NCBI GenBank assembly: GCA_048938025.1
Contig: JBHLMP010000038.1
Span: 2,112 to 36,325, forward strand
Length of the DNA stretch: 34,214 bases
Source of the DNA: Promethearchaeota archaeon
Lineage (GTDB): Archaea > Asgardarchaeota > Lokiarchaeia > Sigyniarchaeales > SOKP01
Reading direction: 5' to 3'
In this document: positions 1-8,325 of the stretch, piece by piece
How the letters are laid out: every line of letters starts with the position of its first letter
Numbering within the stretch: position 1 is the stretch's first letter
Notes under the pieces: model-generated
The model's input: the letters and a program-made list of their open reading frames with translations, nothing else
Told to the model about the DNA's origin: nothing
Database searches by the model: none
Program-made: the position numbers and the translations under genes

Positions 1-715
1 ACTTTCTGGGTTATTTGGTCTTATAGCGGTGTTAATAGCTTGGTTTTATGGGAGTATTGTACTCTATAAAGCTATAAAGGAAAAACAAGAAATACTTTAT
101 TATTTCTTTTTTGCAGTTATATTTACAATGTCACCTTGGTATCCTAGTGGCTTGGGATACTTGTATTGGCTATTTACACGTGAGGTATTCGATTATCCAT
201 TTTATGTTCTTTTAGGTACAATTGGAGTTCCTTTTGCTCTATACGCATGGCTCCAAATATATTTACCCGCTTTACATCCTAGTAAGAAAAAAGTAGTTAC
301 ATTAAGTATAATAATTTTTTCAATCTTTTTTTACATATATCTTATATTTTTCCTATTCATTGCTCCAGGAGCTCCTGTAGATGAACTAATCGGTATTAAA
401 AGAAATGCAATCGATATAGATTATAAAGGTTTTGTCATGGTTTTCTTAGCTATTTCTTTATTAATAAGTACAATAACCGGAAATGAATTTTCTATTGCTT
501 CGCTAAAAGTAAAAGATCCCGCAATTCGTTGGAAAGGCAGGTTCTTGATTCTATCATTTAATTTTTTTGCAATTGGAGCTATAGGAGATGGATTTATTCC
601 ATTGACACATATAACATTAATAATTTTCAGATCATTTATGGTTCTTGCAAGCACATTTTATTATATAGGATTTATAATGCCTAAATGGATGAGGAAAATA
701 CTTTCATTAAAATAA
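1..715 (+). CDS. Stand-alone 7-transmembrane protein (HisKA_7TM-like), probably 5'-truncated by the window edge
   Basis: Frame is open back to position 2 (LSGLFGLIAVLIAWFYG...). About seven hydrophobic segments, no soluble output domain, ends GFIMPKWMRKILSLK. Confidence 0.7.
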   Translation, partial: LSGLFGLIAVLIAWFYGSIVLYKAIKEKQEILYYFFFAVIFTMSPWYPSGLGYLYWLFTREVFDYPFYVLLGTIGVPFALYAWLQIYLPALHPSKKKVVTLSIIIFSIFFYIYLIFFLFIAPGAPVDELIGIKRNAIDIDYKGFVMVFLAISLLISTITGNEFSIASLKVKDPAIRWKGRFLILSFNFFAIGAIGDGFIPLTHITLIIFRSFMVLASTFYYIGFIMPKWMRKILSLK

Positions 716-779
716 ATCTATTCTTAAATCTTTTTTTTTAATTAATCATCCAAGATGTATATTATAGCCTCTTTCATTA

Positions 780-1718
780 TCAAGTTTCCTCGTGGGATAT
801 AATAAGGACAGCAATTAATACAATTATTCCGCCTATTACATTCCACAAAAGAATTGTTTCACTTCTTTGAAATAGGAAAGAAAATAGGAGCGTCAGAAAA
901 GGCTCAATATATAAAAATGAGGCAACTATTGACGATTTCAAAAGTTTCTGTGAATTCTGCCATATATAATACCCTAAAATATAACAACCCAAACCTAAAT
1001 ATAAAGCGCAGAGAAATAATAAAATATTTAGGAAATTAATGATAAAAATTAAGAGTTTGCCACTAAGCATTAAAAAAATTATTAATTCAATTGTCCCAAA
1101 ATAAGCAATATACTTATTCATAATTATACTTGAACTTGAACTGCTTTTTGTTATTTTTTTTGTTGATGTAGAATAAATAGCCCATAATAATGGAGTTATC
1201 AACGCAAAAAGATAACCTAAAAAATTTTGCGATTTAGGAGATAAACTATGTAGATTTCCTCCAGTGATTAATAAAAATCCTCCTACTGTGGCTATAATAA
1301 ATCCCAGAATTTTTAGGATATTTAATTTTTCTTTAAAGAAAGCTAAAGCTAATAATGCTATGATTACAGGGGCTAACAAGCAAACAAATAAAGCAGGAAG
1401 TGAAGGACCTATTAATTCAATTGAGGAATATTGAGCAAAAAAAAATAATGAAATGCCTGTAAAGCTTGCTAAAAATATTAAAATCCATTCATTCTTAGAA
1501 AATTGTGAATTAATTGCATCTTCTATATTTTCACTTGATCTCCTATAATTTTTAATTTTTTTATAAATATCAATCATTATAAATATAATTGAGACGATAA
1601 TGAATCGATACAAAGCAATAGCTAATGGTGGGATGAAATCAACAGAGATATCTACAATAATAAATGAAAAGCTCCACACAAGAACCATTAGAATTAATTC
1701 TAAGTAAATAACTAGCAT
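780..1718 (-). CDS. DMT/EamA family transporter
   Basis: About 10 TM in two repeats with EamA-type motifs: VWSFSF..PPLAIALYRF, LAPVIIALLALAFFKEKL, FLYIEPFLTLLFSFLF..ET. Confidence 0.9.
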   Translation of the reverse strand: MLVIYLELILMVLVWSFSFIIVDISVDFIPPLAIALYRFIIVSIIFIMIDIYKKIKNYRRSSENIEDAINSQFSKNEWILIFLASFTGISLFFFAQYSSIELIGPSLPALFVCLLAPVIIALLALAFFKEKLNILKILGFIIATVGGFLLITGGNLHSLSPKSQNFLGYLFALITPLLWAIYSTSTKKITKSSSSSSIIMNKYIAYFGTIELIIFLMLSGKLLIFIINFLNILLFLCALYLGLGCYILGYYIWQNSQKLLKSSIVASFLYIEPFLTLLFSFLFQRSETILLWNVIGGIIVLIAVLIISHEET

Positions 1719-1825
1719 ATTCTAACTAGATTCTAATATATTTTAAATCAATGATCAATTTAATCAAGATTTTATACTAAAATGATTTATAATTAATAAT
1801 AAATTAAGAACTGCAATTATTATTT

Positions 1826-2464
1826 TTGGAAAGAGACTATTTGAAGAAAATTAGTTATAGTCTGCGTATTGGGCTCATTGGAAGCCGCAATTCTGGAAAG
1901 GAACTTTTATTAAACTATTTAGATGATATTGCGATAGAAAAGAATCATTCTGATGAGAAATTTGAAGTATTACTAGTTCATAAAGGGATTCCTTTTAAGA
2001 TAAACGTATTTCTTGCCGAGAATCTTATAGAAGTAATTTCAGAGCAATCTATAAATTTTGGAAAACTTGATGTTTTAATTATAATACTAAATCTAAACGA
2101 TTTGAATTCAATAAAAGAATTTGAGAAAGAGATCTTTGAAGAGTTTCGCCAATTTTTTCTCTTTCAAGGATTATCAATTCTTGCTGGGATGGATGTAGAA
2201 CAAATATTAAAAGGCTCCTCTTCTAATAATGTGAGAATAAGTAGGTTTAATCTGATTAAGAAGGCAAAAGAGCTAAATATATTATACTGTTTTGAAATCC
2301 ACAATAAAGAAAGAGATATTTCAGAGATTTACAATAAATTATTGAATGATTTTATATTTAAATTCCAATATTCTACACCTGAATTGTTTGAGCAAGCAAA
2401 AATTTATGGAAGAGAACTTATTAAGTTAAATAGAAGTTTTTTAAAAAATCTAAATAAGAGATAA
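1826..2464 (+). CDS. Degenerate Ras/Rab-like small GTPase-fold protein
   Basis: G1-like LRIGLIGSRNSGKE followed by Ras-like strand order (LDVLIIILNLNDLNS; SILAG; YCFEI). G3 DxxG and G4 NKxD are not recognisable. Confidence 0.6.
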   Translation: MERDYLKKISYSLRIGLIGSRNSGKELLLNYLDDIAIEKNHSDEKFEVLLVHKGIPFKINVFLAENLIEVISEQSINFGKLDVLIIILNLNDLNSIKEFEKEIFEEFRQFFLFQGLSILAGMDVEQILKGSSSNNVRISRFNLIKKAKELNILYCFEIHNKERDISEIYNKLLNDFIFKFQYSTPELFEQAKIYGRELIKLNRSFLKNLNKR

Positions 2465-2608
2465 GTTATAAAAAGAATATAAAACATTTTAAAATAATAA
2501 TCTTAAAACATGATTATTTATCATAAAAAAATCTTAAAATCTATTAAATAAATTATATTAAGGTAAATTATACTATTTTTAAAAAATAGATGAGTTGATA
2601 ATATAAAA

Positions 2609-2803
2609 ATGTCAGAAAAACCAAATGATATTTTAACTATTGAGAAAACTGAAGGGCGAAGGAAATGTCCCAGCTGTGGAGAAGAAAATATGAATATGAT
2701 TCATGAATCAACAGATAAGGCAAACATAATAAGTGATTATCCTCGTGTTTATGGAAAGAAATATCGCTGTGGCCGATGTGGCCAGGAATGGCGTGAAAAA
2801 TAG
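2609..2803 (+). CDS. Small zinc-ribbon protein
   Basis: 64 aa with CPSCG ... CGRCG, ATG start, followed by a T-rich tract. Confidence 0.8.
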   Translation: MSEKPNDILTIEKTEGRRKCPSCGEENMNMIHESTDKANIISDYPRVYGKKYRCGRCGQEWREK

Positions 2804-2807
2804 ATAA

Positions 2808-2838
2808 GTTTTATTCTTTTTATTACTCCTTTTTTTTA
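2808..2838 (+). terminator. T-rich tract between convergent genes, putative archaeal terminator
   Basis: Several oligo-T runs (ttttattctttttattactccttttttttt) right after the stop at 2803. Confidence 0.4.
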
Positions 2839-2844
2839 ATCTAG

Positions 2845-5577
2845 TTAATGGAGATTTTTTAAGTATTTCTTAGTTAAGTAGTCGTCTATTGTCTTAGCTG
2901 CTACTTTTCCTGCACCCATAGCAGATATGACAGTAGCACTTCCAGTAACTATATCCCCCCCCGCAAATACTCCTTCCAAATTTGTTTGCCCATTTTCATC
3001 AGTTTCAATATATCCCCACTTATTCAATTTTAATTCCGGGATAGATTTTGTAAGAATTGGATTTGCTTTTGTGCCAATAGCTATAATAATTGTATCAGTT
3101 TCTATTAAAAATTCTGAGTTTTCAATAGGAATTGGTCGTTTACGCCCTGATTCATCGGGTTCTCCTAATTGCATTTTAATAACCTCCATTTGTTTAACAT
3201 TGTCATTTTCATCCCCTATAAATCTCAATGGGTTTGTTAAGAATTGAAATTCAATACCTTCTTCTACAGCATGATGATATTCTTCCCTTCTAGCAGGCAT
3301 TTCTGCTTCCGATCTTCTATAGACAACAATTACTTTTTCTGCGCCTAACCTTAATGCTGTTCTGGCTGAATCTAAAGTAACATTGCCTCCTCCAATAACA
3401 GTCACAATTTTTCCGATTTTGATAGGTGTATCATATTCAGGAAATTTATAGGCTTTCATTAAATTTGATCTTGTTAAGAATTCATTAGCAGTGAGAACTC
3501 CATTTAAGGTTAACCCAGCTACTTTAAGAAATATTGGAAGTCCCGCCCCAACTCCAATGAAAAAAGCTTTAAATCCAATCTCCTTTAAATCATCAAGAGT
3601 TAGAGTTTTTCCAATAATTGTATTATACTCTATTTTTACATTTAGCATCTTCAATGTCCCAATTTCATTTTCTACAATTTCTTTTGGCAACCTAAACTCT
3701 GGAATTCCGTATGTTAGAACTCCCCCTCCAGCATGGAATGCCTCAAAAATAGTAACATCATAACCCCTCATTGATAATTCTCCAGCACATGCTAATCCTG
3801 CAGGTCCTGAACCTATAACTGCAACTTTCACACCTTTAGGAGCTGCACATTCGGGACATTCTTTTAATTTATTTTTTCTTTCCCAATCAGCAATAAATCT
3901 TTCTAAATAACCAATTGCTATCGGTTCTCCAAGAGAGTTTAATAAACAACTTTTTTCACATTGTATTTCTTGAGGACAAACTCTTCCACAAATGGCAGGT
4001 AATAGATTATCTGTTTTGATTTTATAAAGAGCCTCAATAAATTTATCCTGTTTTAAAAGTTTTATAAATTCAGGAATTTTTATATTAACAGGACACCCTG
4101 AAACACAACTTGGCAATCCACACTGTAAGCATCTTTGAGTTTCTTGTTTAACCAATTCAGTCGTTAATCCTTTTGGCACTTCTTCAAAATTAGTGATTCT
4201 TATTTTTGGATCTTGCTCAATCATTTTCACAGGACGTTGATCAACGTAATTTTTTAATTTAGACTTAGCTATTCTACTCAGTTCTTTGAAACTTTCACTG
4301 TCCTCTTCGATTTCTTTTTTTACAATTTTATTTGAGTCTAATGCCTTTTGAAAGAAATCAGCACCTTGTTTTGTACGTATAATTACTGTTGACCAACCGG
4401 GTTCAGAACCAATGGATCCAACTGAAAGATCTGCATGTATAGCTGTTAAATCATCACAGAAAAAGCAACCAAATCTTCCATATTTGTTTATCCTTTTTAA
4501 TGGAACTTTAAAAATTTCATTTTTTTGATCAGATATAATAAATTTACCCTTATCTATATCCATCTTTTTAACATCAGATGGATTCATTTGGAATTCATTC
4601 CTTAAAATTTCAACAATTTTATCATAATTAAACGATTCCATGCAAAATACGCCAATTTTTATAAAAACATTATCATAAAAAGGCTTATTTAAAGGATAAA
4701 AACTGATTTTCTTAAGAGCTTTCATGATACAAGGTGTACCTACTATCGCTATTTTATTATAGTCTTTAGCATCATGAAAAATTTTCAATACTGGAGTATT
4801 TGTATATTTTGTGCCTGCAGTTTTTAGGAGTTCTTCACCACTTTCAACTAAAACTGGCAATGGCTTTAAGGGTTCATCTCCTATAGTAACAGCAAAAGAA
4901 CCATCAATAAATTCTTGTTCAAATGCAGTTTTAAATAATGTAGTGACTATTCCTCCGTCTTGTCCTACTTTTTTTATACGTGGATATGTTGTCTGAGCTG
5001 TATAAATATTACGATAATAGTTAAATTCTTCTAAGAATTTAACATCATGATCCTGATTTTCTTCAAAATCTTCTAAAACTTTAGGAAAAAATGATCTCGG
5101 ACAAGCTGAATAACATAATCCACATTCAATGCAGGATTCATCATCAATTTCAAATGTTCCTTCAGAATAATCAATTGCATTAACAGGACAAATTGAAACA
5201 CATAAACCACAACCAGAACAAATTTTCCTCTCTTTTATCAGATTTACACTAGGAAAAACACCTTTTTTTTCAGAACTTTCAATTACATCTTGGAAAAATC
5301 TAGGCTTTTCACCTATAAACCCCAATAATCCTAATTCTTTTAGGTATTCTATATTACATAAAATAATTTCCTTAGATAATTGCAGTTCTTTACTTAACCT
5401 CTGAATGTCAATAGTTCCTAATTCTTTAATTTTTTTTAGAATTCCTTGTCTATCCTTTTCTGCTATAGATAATGATTTAATCAGTTGTTCAAAATTGGCT
5501 TCATTATATTTGCCAATTTTTAAAATATTAGCTTTGTTATTAAGTAAAGTTTCAATTAAAGGGGTTTGCACGTCCAT
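2845..5577 (-). CDS. Fusion protein: wHTH + 2x[4Fe-4S] ferredoxin + FrhB/FpoF-like F420-binding domain + NfnB/SudA (GltD-like) large subunit
   Basis: Ferredoxin motifs CSGCGLCVSICP and CIECGLCYSACP. FrhB motifs GQDGGIVT, AGTKY, VGTPC, IGVFCMESF, GCFFCDDLTAIHADLSVGSIG. NfnB motifs RCLQC..CVSGCPV, CGRVCPQEIQCEKSC, GSGPAG, YGIPEFRLPK, GGGNV, YRRS..EMPAR, FAGGDIVTG. The ATG at 5577 lies 1 nt after the upstream TAG, so it is preferred over 5598. Confidence 0.9.
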   Translation of the reverse strand: MDVQTPLIETLLNNKANILKIGKYNEANFEQLIKSLSIAEKDRQGILKKIKELGTIDIQRLSKELQLSKEIILCNIEYLKELGLLGFIGEKPRFFQDVIESSEKKGVFPSVNLIKERKICSGCGLCVSICPVNAIDYSEGTFEIDDESCIECGLCYSACPRSFFPKVLEDFEENQDHDVKFLEEFNYYRNIYTAQTTYPRIKKVGQDGGIVTTLFKTAFEQEFIDGSFAVTIGDEPLKPLPVLVESGEELLKTAGTKYTNTPVLKIFHDAKDYNKIAIVGTPCIMKALKKISFYPLNKPFYDNVFIKIGVFCMESFNYDKIVEILRNEFQMNPSDVKKMDIDKGKFIISDQKNEIFKVPLKRINKYGRFGCFFCDDLTAIHADLSVGSIGSEPGWSTVIIRTKQGADFFQKALDSNKIVKKEIEEDSESFKELSRIAKSKLKNYVDQRPVKMIEQDPKIRITNFEEVPKGLTTELVKQETQRCLQCGLPSCVSGCPVNIKIPEFIKLLKQDKFIEALYKIKTDNLLPAICGRVCPQEIQCEKSCLLNSLGEPIAIGYLERFIADWERKNKLKECPECAAPKGVKVAVIGSGPAGLACAGELSMRGYDVTIFEAFHAGGGVLTYGIPEFRLPKEIVENEIGTLKMLNVKIEYNTIIGKTLTLDDLKEIGFKAFFIGVGAGLPIFLKVAGLTLNGVLTANEFLTRSNLMKAYKFPEYDTPIKIGKIVTVIGGGNVTLDSARTALRLGAEKVIVVYRRSEAEMPARREEYHHAVEEGIEFQFLTNPLRFIGDENDNVKQMEVIKMQLGEPDESGRKRPIPIENSEFLIETDTIIIAIGTKANPILTKSIPELKLNKWGYIETDENGQTNLEGVFAGGDIVTGSATVISAMGAGKVAAKTIDDYLTKKYLKNLH

Positions 5578-5578
5578 T

Positions 5579-6463
5579 CTAAGATGCCTCACTTTCAAAT
5601 TTCTCTAAAGCTCTGCACTCCTCATCATAACATTCTAAAGATTCATTTTCCTGATCTAGAAATCTATTAGCACGCTTTAATAAATTATCAAAATCTACAA
5701 TATGTCCATCTACATCAGGACCATCCACACACGCAAATTGGATATCTCCATCAAGGGTTGAAAAACGACAACCTCCGCACATTCCAGTTCCATCAATCAT
5801 GATAGTATTTAAAGAAACATAAGTTTCTACTTTAGGTAAATCGCCAGATCCGTCAGTAGTAAGAGCAACAAATTTCATCATAATTAGCGGTCCAATCGCA
5901 ATAACAATACTGATTTTTTTCTTTTTTAATATATCCTTAAGTGGATCGGTAACTACCCCTTTCCTTCCTTCGGTTCCATCATCAGTGCAAATAATTAATC
6001 TATCACTAACAGAACGCATCCTTTCTCTCCAAAATAGTAAACTAGTATTTCTTGCACCCATTATTGTTATTATTTCATTTCCTGCCTCCTTTAATTCTTT
6101 TGCTTGCGGATAACAAGGGGCAATTCCAACACCACCACCAATTATCACTACAGGAAAGTCATATTTTTGAATGTGAATTTTGTTTCCTAAAGGTCCAACA
6201 ACATCAAGAATTTTATCTCCTACATTTTGATGCGATAATAATTTAGTACTTTTTCCTACAACCTGAACAACAATAGTTATTGTTCCATTTTCCCTGTTAT
6301 AATCTGCAATTGTCAATGGAAATCGTTCCCCAGTATCATTAACCCGTAATAATAGAAAATTACCAGCATAGGCTTTTTGGGCAATTAAAGGAGCTTTTAT
6401 TACCATTTCGAATAATAAACCACTTGTTCCAAGCTCTATTTTCTCTAGAATTTCATATGGCAT
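5579..6463 (-). CDS. nfnA: NfnA/SudB small subunit (NADH-dependent reduced ferredoxin:NADP+ oxidoreductase / sulfide dehydrogenase beta)
   Basis: ERFPLTIAD (FAD), GPLGN, GGGVGIAP (NAD), TDDGT.GRKG, and the [2Fe-2S] motif MIDGTGMCGGCR...ACVDGP. Confidence 0.88.
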   Translation of the reverse strand: MPYEILEKIELGTSGLLFEMVIKAPLIAQKAYAGNFLLLRVNDTGERFPLTIADYNRENGTITIVVQVVGKSTKLLSHQNVGDKILDVVGPLGNKIHIQKYDFPVVIIGGGVGIAPCYPQAKELKEAGNEIITIMGARNTSLLFWRERMRSVSDRLIICTDDGTEGRKGVVTDPLKDILKKKKISIVIAIGPLIMMKFVALTTDGSGDLPKVETYVSLNTIMIDGTGMCGGCRFSTLDGDIQFACVDGPDVDGHIVDFDNLLKRANRFLDQENESLECYDEECRALEKFESEAS

Positions 6464-6962
6464 TTTGAAATCATCGAAAGTTTTAGTTTTGAGAGTTAAA
6501 ATTCTCTTCTTTATAAATTCAGAAGAAACATAATTTTTTTAAATTATTGTTTATGAATTAGAGGATAAATTTGAATTCAATACTATTTTTTAGAAATTAA
6601 CAGTTTAAATAATAAAGTATGAAGTGAAAATTTAAAGAAGACTTAGAGATTCTTTATAATTAGAATCTCAGTGTATTTTTTTTTTTATTATAGTAAATCA
6701 ATATTAAATGTTTTATATGTTTCTTTATTTTAGATTGAAATAGTTAATTATTTCCTTATTAACTTTATTTTCCTTATATTTTGTCTGTTATAGATTAGTT
6801 TCAGGATATAACCATAAAGATTTGCCTATTTTTTATATGGTTATTATTGGTAAGCCATGATTTTATCTAAAGATTTAAAAATAACAAACTTAATTATTAA
6901 ATAATTATATTGAAATAAAACTAACTTACATTAGAAATTTTTTAAAAATTAATTTCATTAGA

Positions 6963-7706
6963 GTGGATGAATGGATGGTGTTATATAACGAACCATTAGA
7001 TAGCCCTATGAGAGTACTAACTATTTACGTAGCACAAGGATTGGCTTGTATTTTCCTTATTTTTATAGCGTACAAGATTCTTAAGCGAGATCGGAAGCGA
7101 TTAAACCTTATATTCTCAGGAACTTATATATCTGCTGCAATTGGACTAATTATCAATATGATATATGCTCCTATTGCGAATGAGGACATTGTTCTTATCC
7201 TTAACTACCTTACGAATTTTGGCATTTTTTATTCTCCAATTTTTCTTGTAGTGTTTAATTTAATATTACTAAAATCTGAAAAAGTAATTACTACAACTAA
7301 GCAATTAGCAATCTTAATAGGTTATGGAATTGTGATGTTTTGCATGATTTTTTTCGTTGTTACGGAGGATTGGGGAGTCACAATTAATGAAGACACTAAA
7401 TGGTCACCTGTATGGGAGTTACCCTTTTTTTTGTATTTAGTAATAATAGAATCTATTGCAGTTATCCCATTATTATACTTATCATTTCAAATTTTTCAGA
7501 AATTTGAAGATGACCAATTGAAGAAAAAATGGAGATATTTTATATTTGGATTTTGCGCATTTATTATTTTTATGTACGCGATATTTCTCTCAAATTTCTT
7601 AGATATATCAATAATTAGAACATTAATGGGCGGAATAGGTTTGATATTGGCAATTGCAGGTGGATATTTAATGTATAATGGCGTTGGACGCCAATTAGAG
7701 AAATAA
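6963..7706 (+). CDS. Stand-alone 7-transmembrane protein (HisKA_7TM-like)
   Basis: Seven clear hydrophobic helices with a longer polar loop between TM4 and TM5. No output domain and no Lys in TM7. Confidence 0.75.
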   Translation: MDEWMVLYNEPLDSPMRVLTIYVAQGLACIFLIFIAYKILKRDRKRLNLIFSGTYISAAIGLIINMIYAPIANEDIVLILNYLTNFGIFYSPIFLVVFNLILLKSEKVITTTKQLAILIGYGIVMFCMIFFVVTEDWGVTINEDTKWSPVWELPFFLYLVIIESIAVIPLLYLSFQIFQKFEDDQLKKKWRYFIFGFCAFIIFMYAIFLSNFLDISIIRTLMGGIGLILAIAGGYLMYNGVGRQLEK

Positions 7707-7872
7707 TTTTCTTTTTTTTATTTAATTTTTCCCATCTTAAATTTTATTTTTACTAATTAACATTATTATATATAATATTAATAAAGAATCAGTCGCAATT
7801 TTTATATTAAAGTTCGAATATTCAAAACATTCTCTTATAACTAGAAAACCTAAAACCAAAACCGTTAACCAT

Positions 7873-8229
7873 GTGTCGATAATGATAGAAGAACTAATCA
7901 GAGTACGAGGTATTGGCCCCACAGGAGCAGATCGATTAATAAAAGCAGGGATTAAGACAATCGAAGAAATAGCACATTCTAGTCCGGAAGAGTTGGCATG
8001 GATTAAGGGGATTGGCATGATATCAGCAAATAAAATAATAGTAAATGCTAATGAATTAATCAACTTAGAACAAGGAATACAGATAGTTCTGGATTCAATT
8101 AAAGAAACTTTTGCTAGCAGCTGTCCTAAATGTGGAGGAGAAATGTTAGAAAAACTTATAATATTAGGTCCAGAAAGGAGATTAAGAGCAAATCAGTGTA
8201 AATTATGTAAATTTTACATGCCTATATAA
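7873..8229 (+). CDS. Helix-hairpin-helix protein (RadA N-terminal-like) with C-terminal zinc ribbon
   Basis: Tandem HhH motifs VRGIGPTGADRL..AGIKTIEEIA and IKGIGMISANKI, then CPKCG...CKLC. Confidence 0.8.
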   Translation: MSIMIEELIRVRGIGPTGADRLIKAGIKTIEEIAHSSPEELAWIKGIGMISANKIIVNANELINLEQGIQIVLDSIKETFASSCPKCGGEMLEKLIILGPERRLRANQCKLCKFYMPI

Positions 8230-8325
8230 AAATTCTCACATCTGGTTGCGACACTTCACCTGAGATGGATATACCCTGGGAAAAATATTTTACATGCTTA
8301 TTCTATGTTGTTTTTGTTTTAAATA

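Noticed and set aside
2845-4240. Calling the C-terminal half a glutamate synthase small subunit (gltD)
   Set aside because: No glutamate synthase large subunit is nearby, and the tightly coupled upstream gene is NfnA/SudB-type, which favours NfnB/SudA.
5578-5598. ORF-track start at 5598 for the fusion protein
   Set aside because: It overlaps the nfnA 3' end. The ATG at 5577, one base after the TAG, is more plausible.
6464-6962. Long intergenic region as ncRNA, CRISPR array or mobile element
   Set aside because: Extremely AT-rich, with no regular repeats, terminal inverted repeats or GC-rich stems. Consistent with a divergent promoter region.
6963-7706. Microbial rhodopsin (7TM)
   Set aside because: No retinal-binding Lys or DxxxK-type motif in helix 7.
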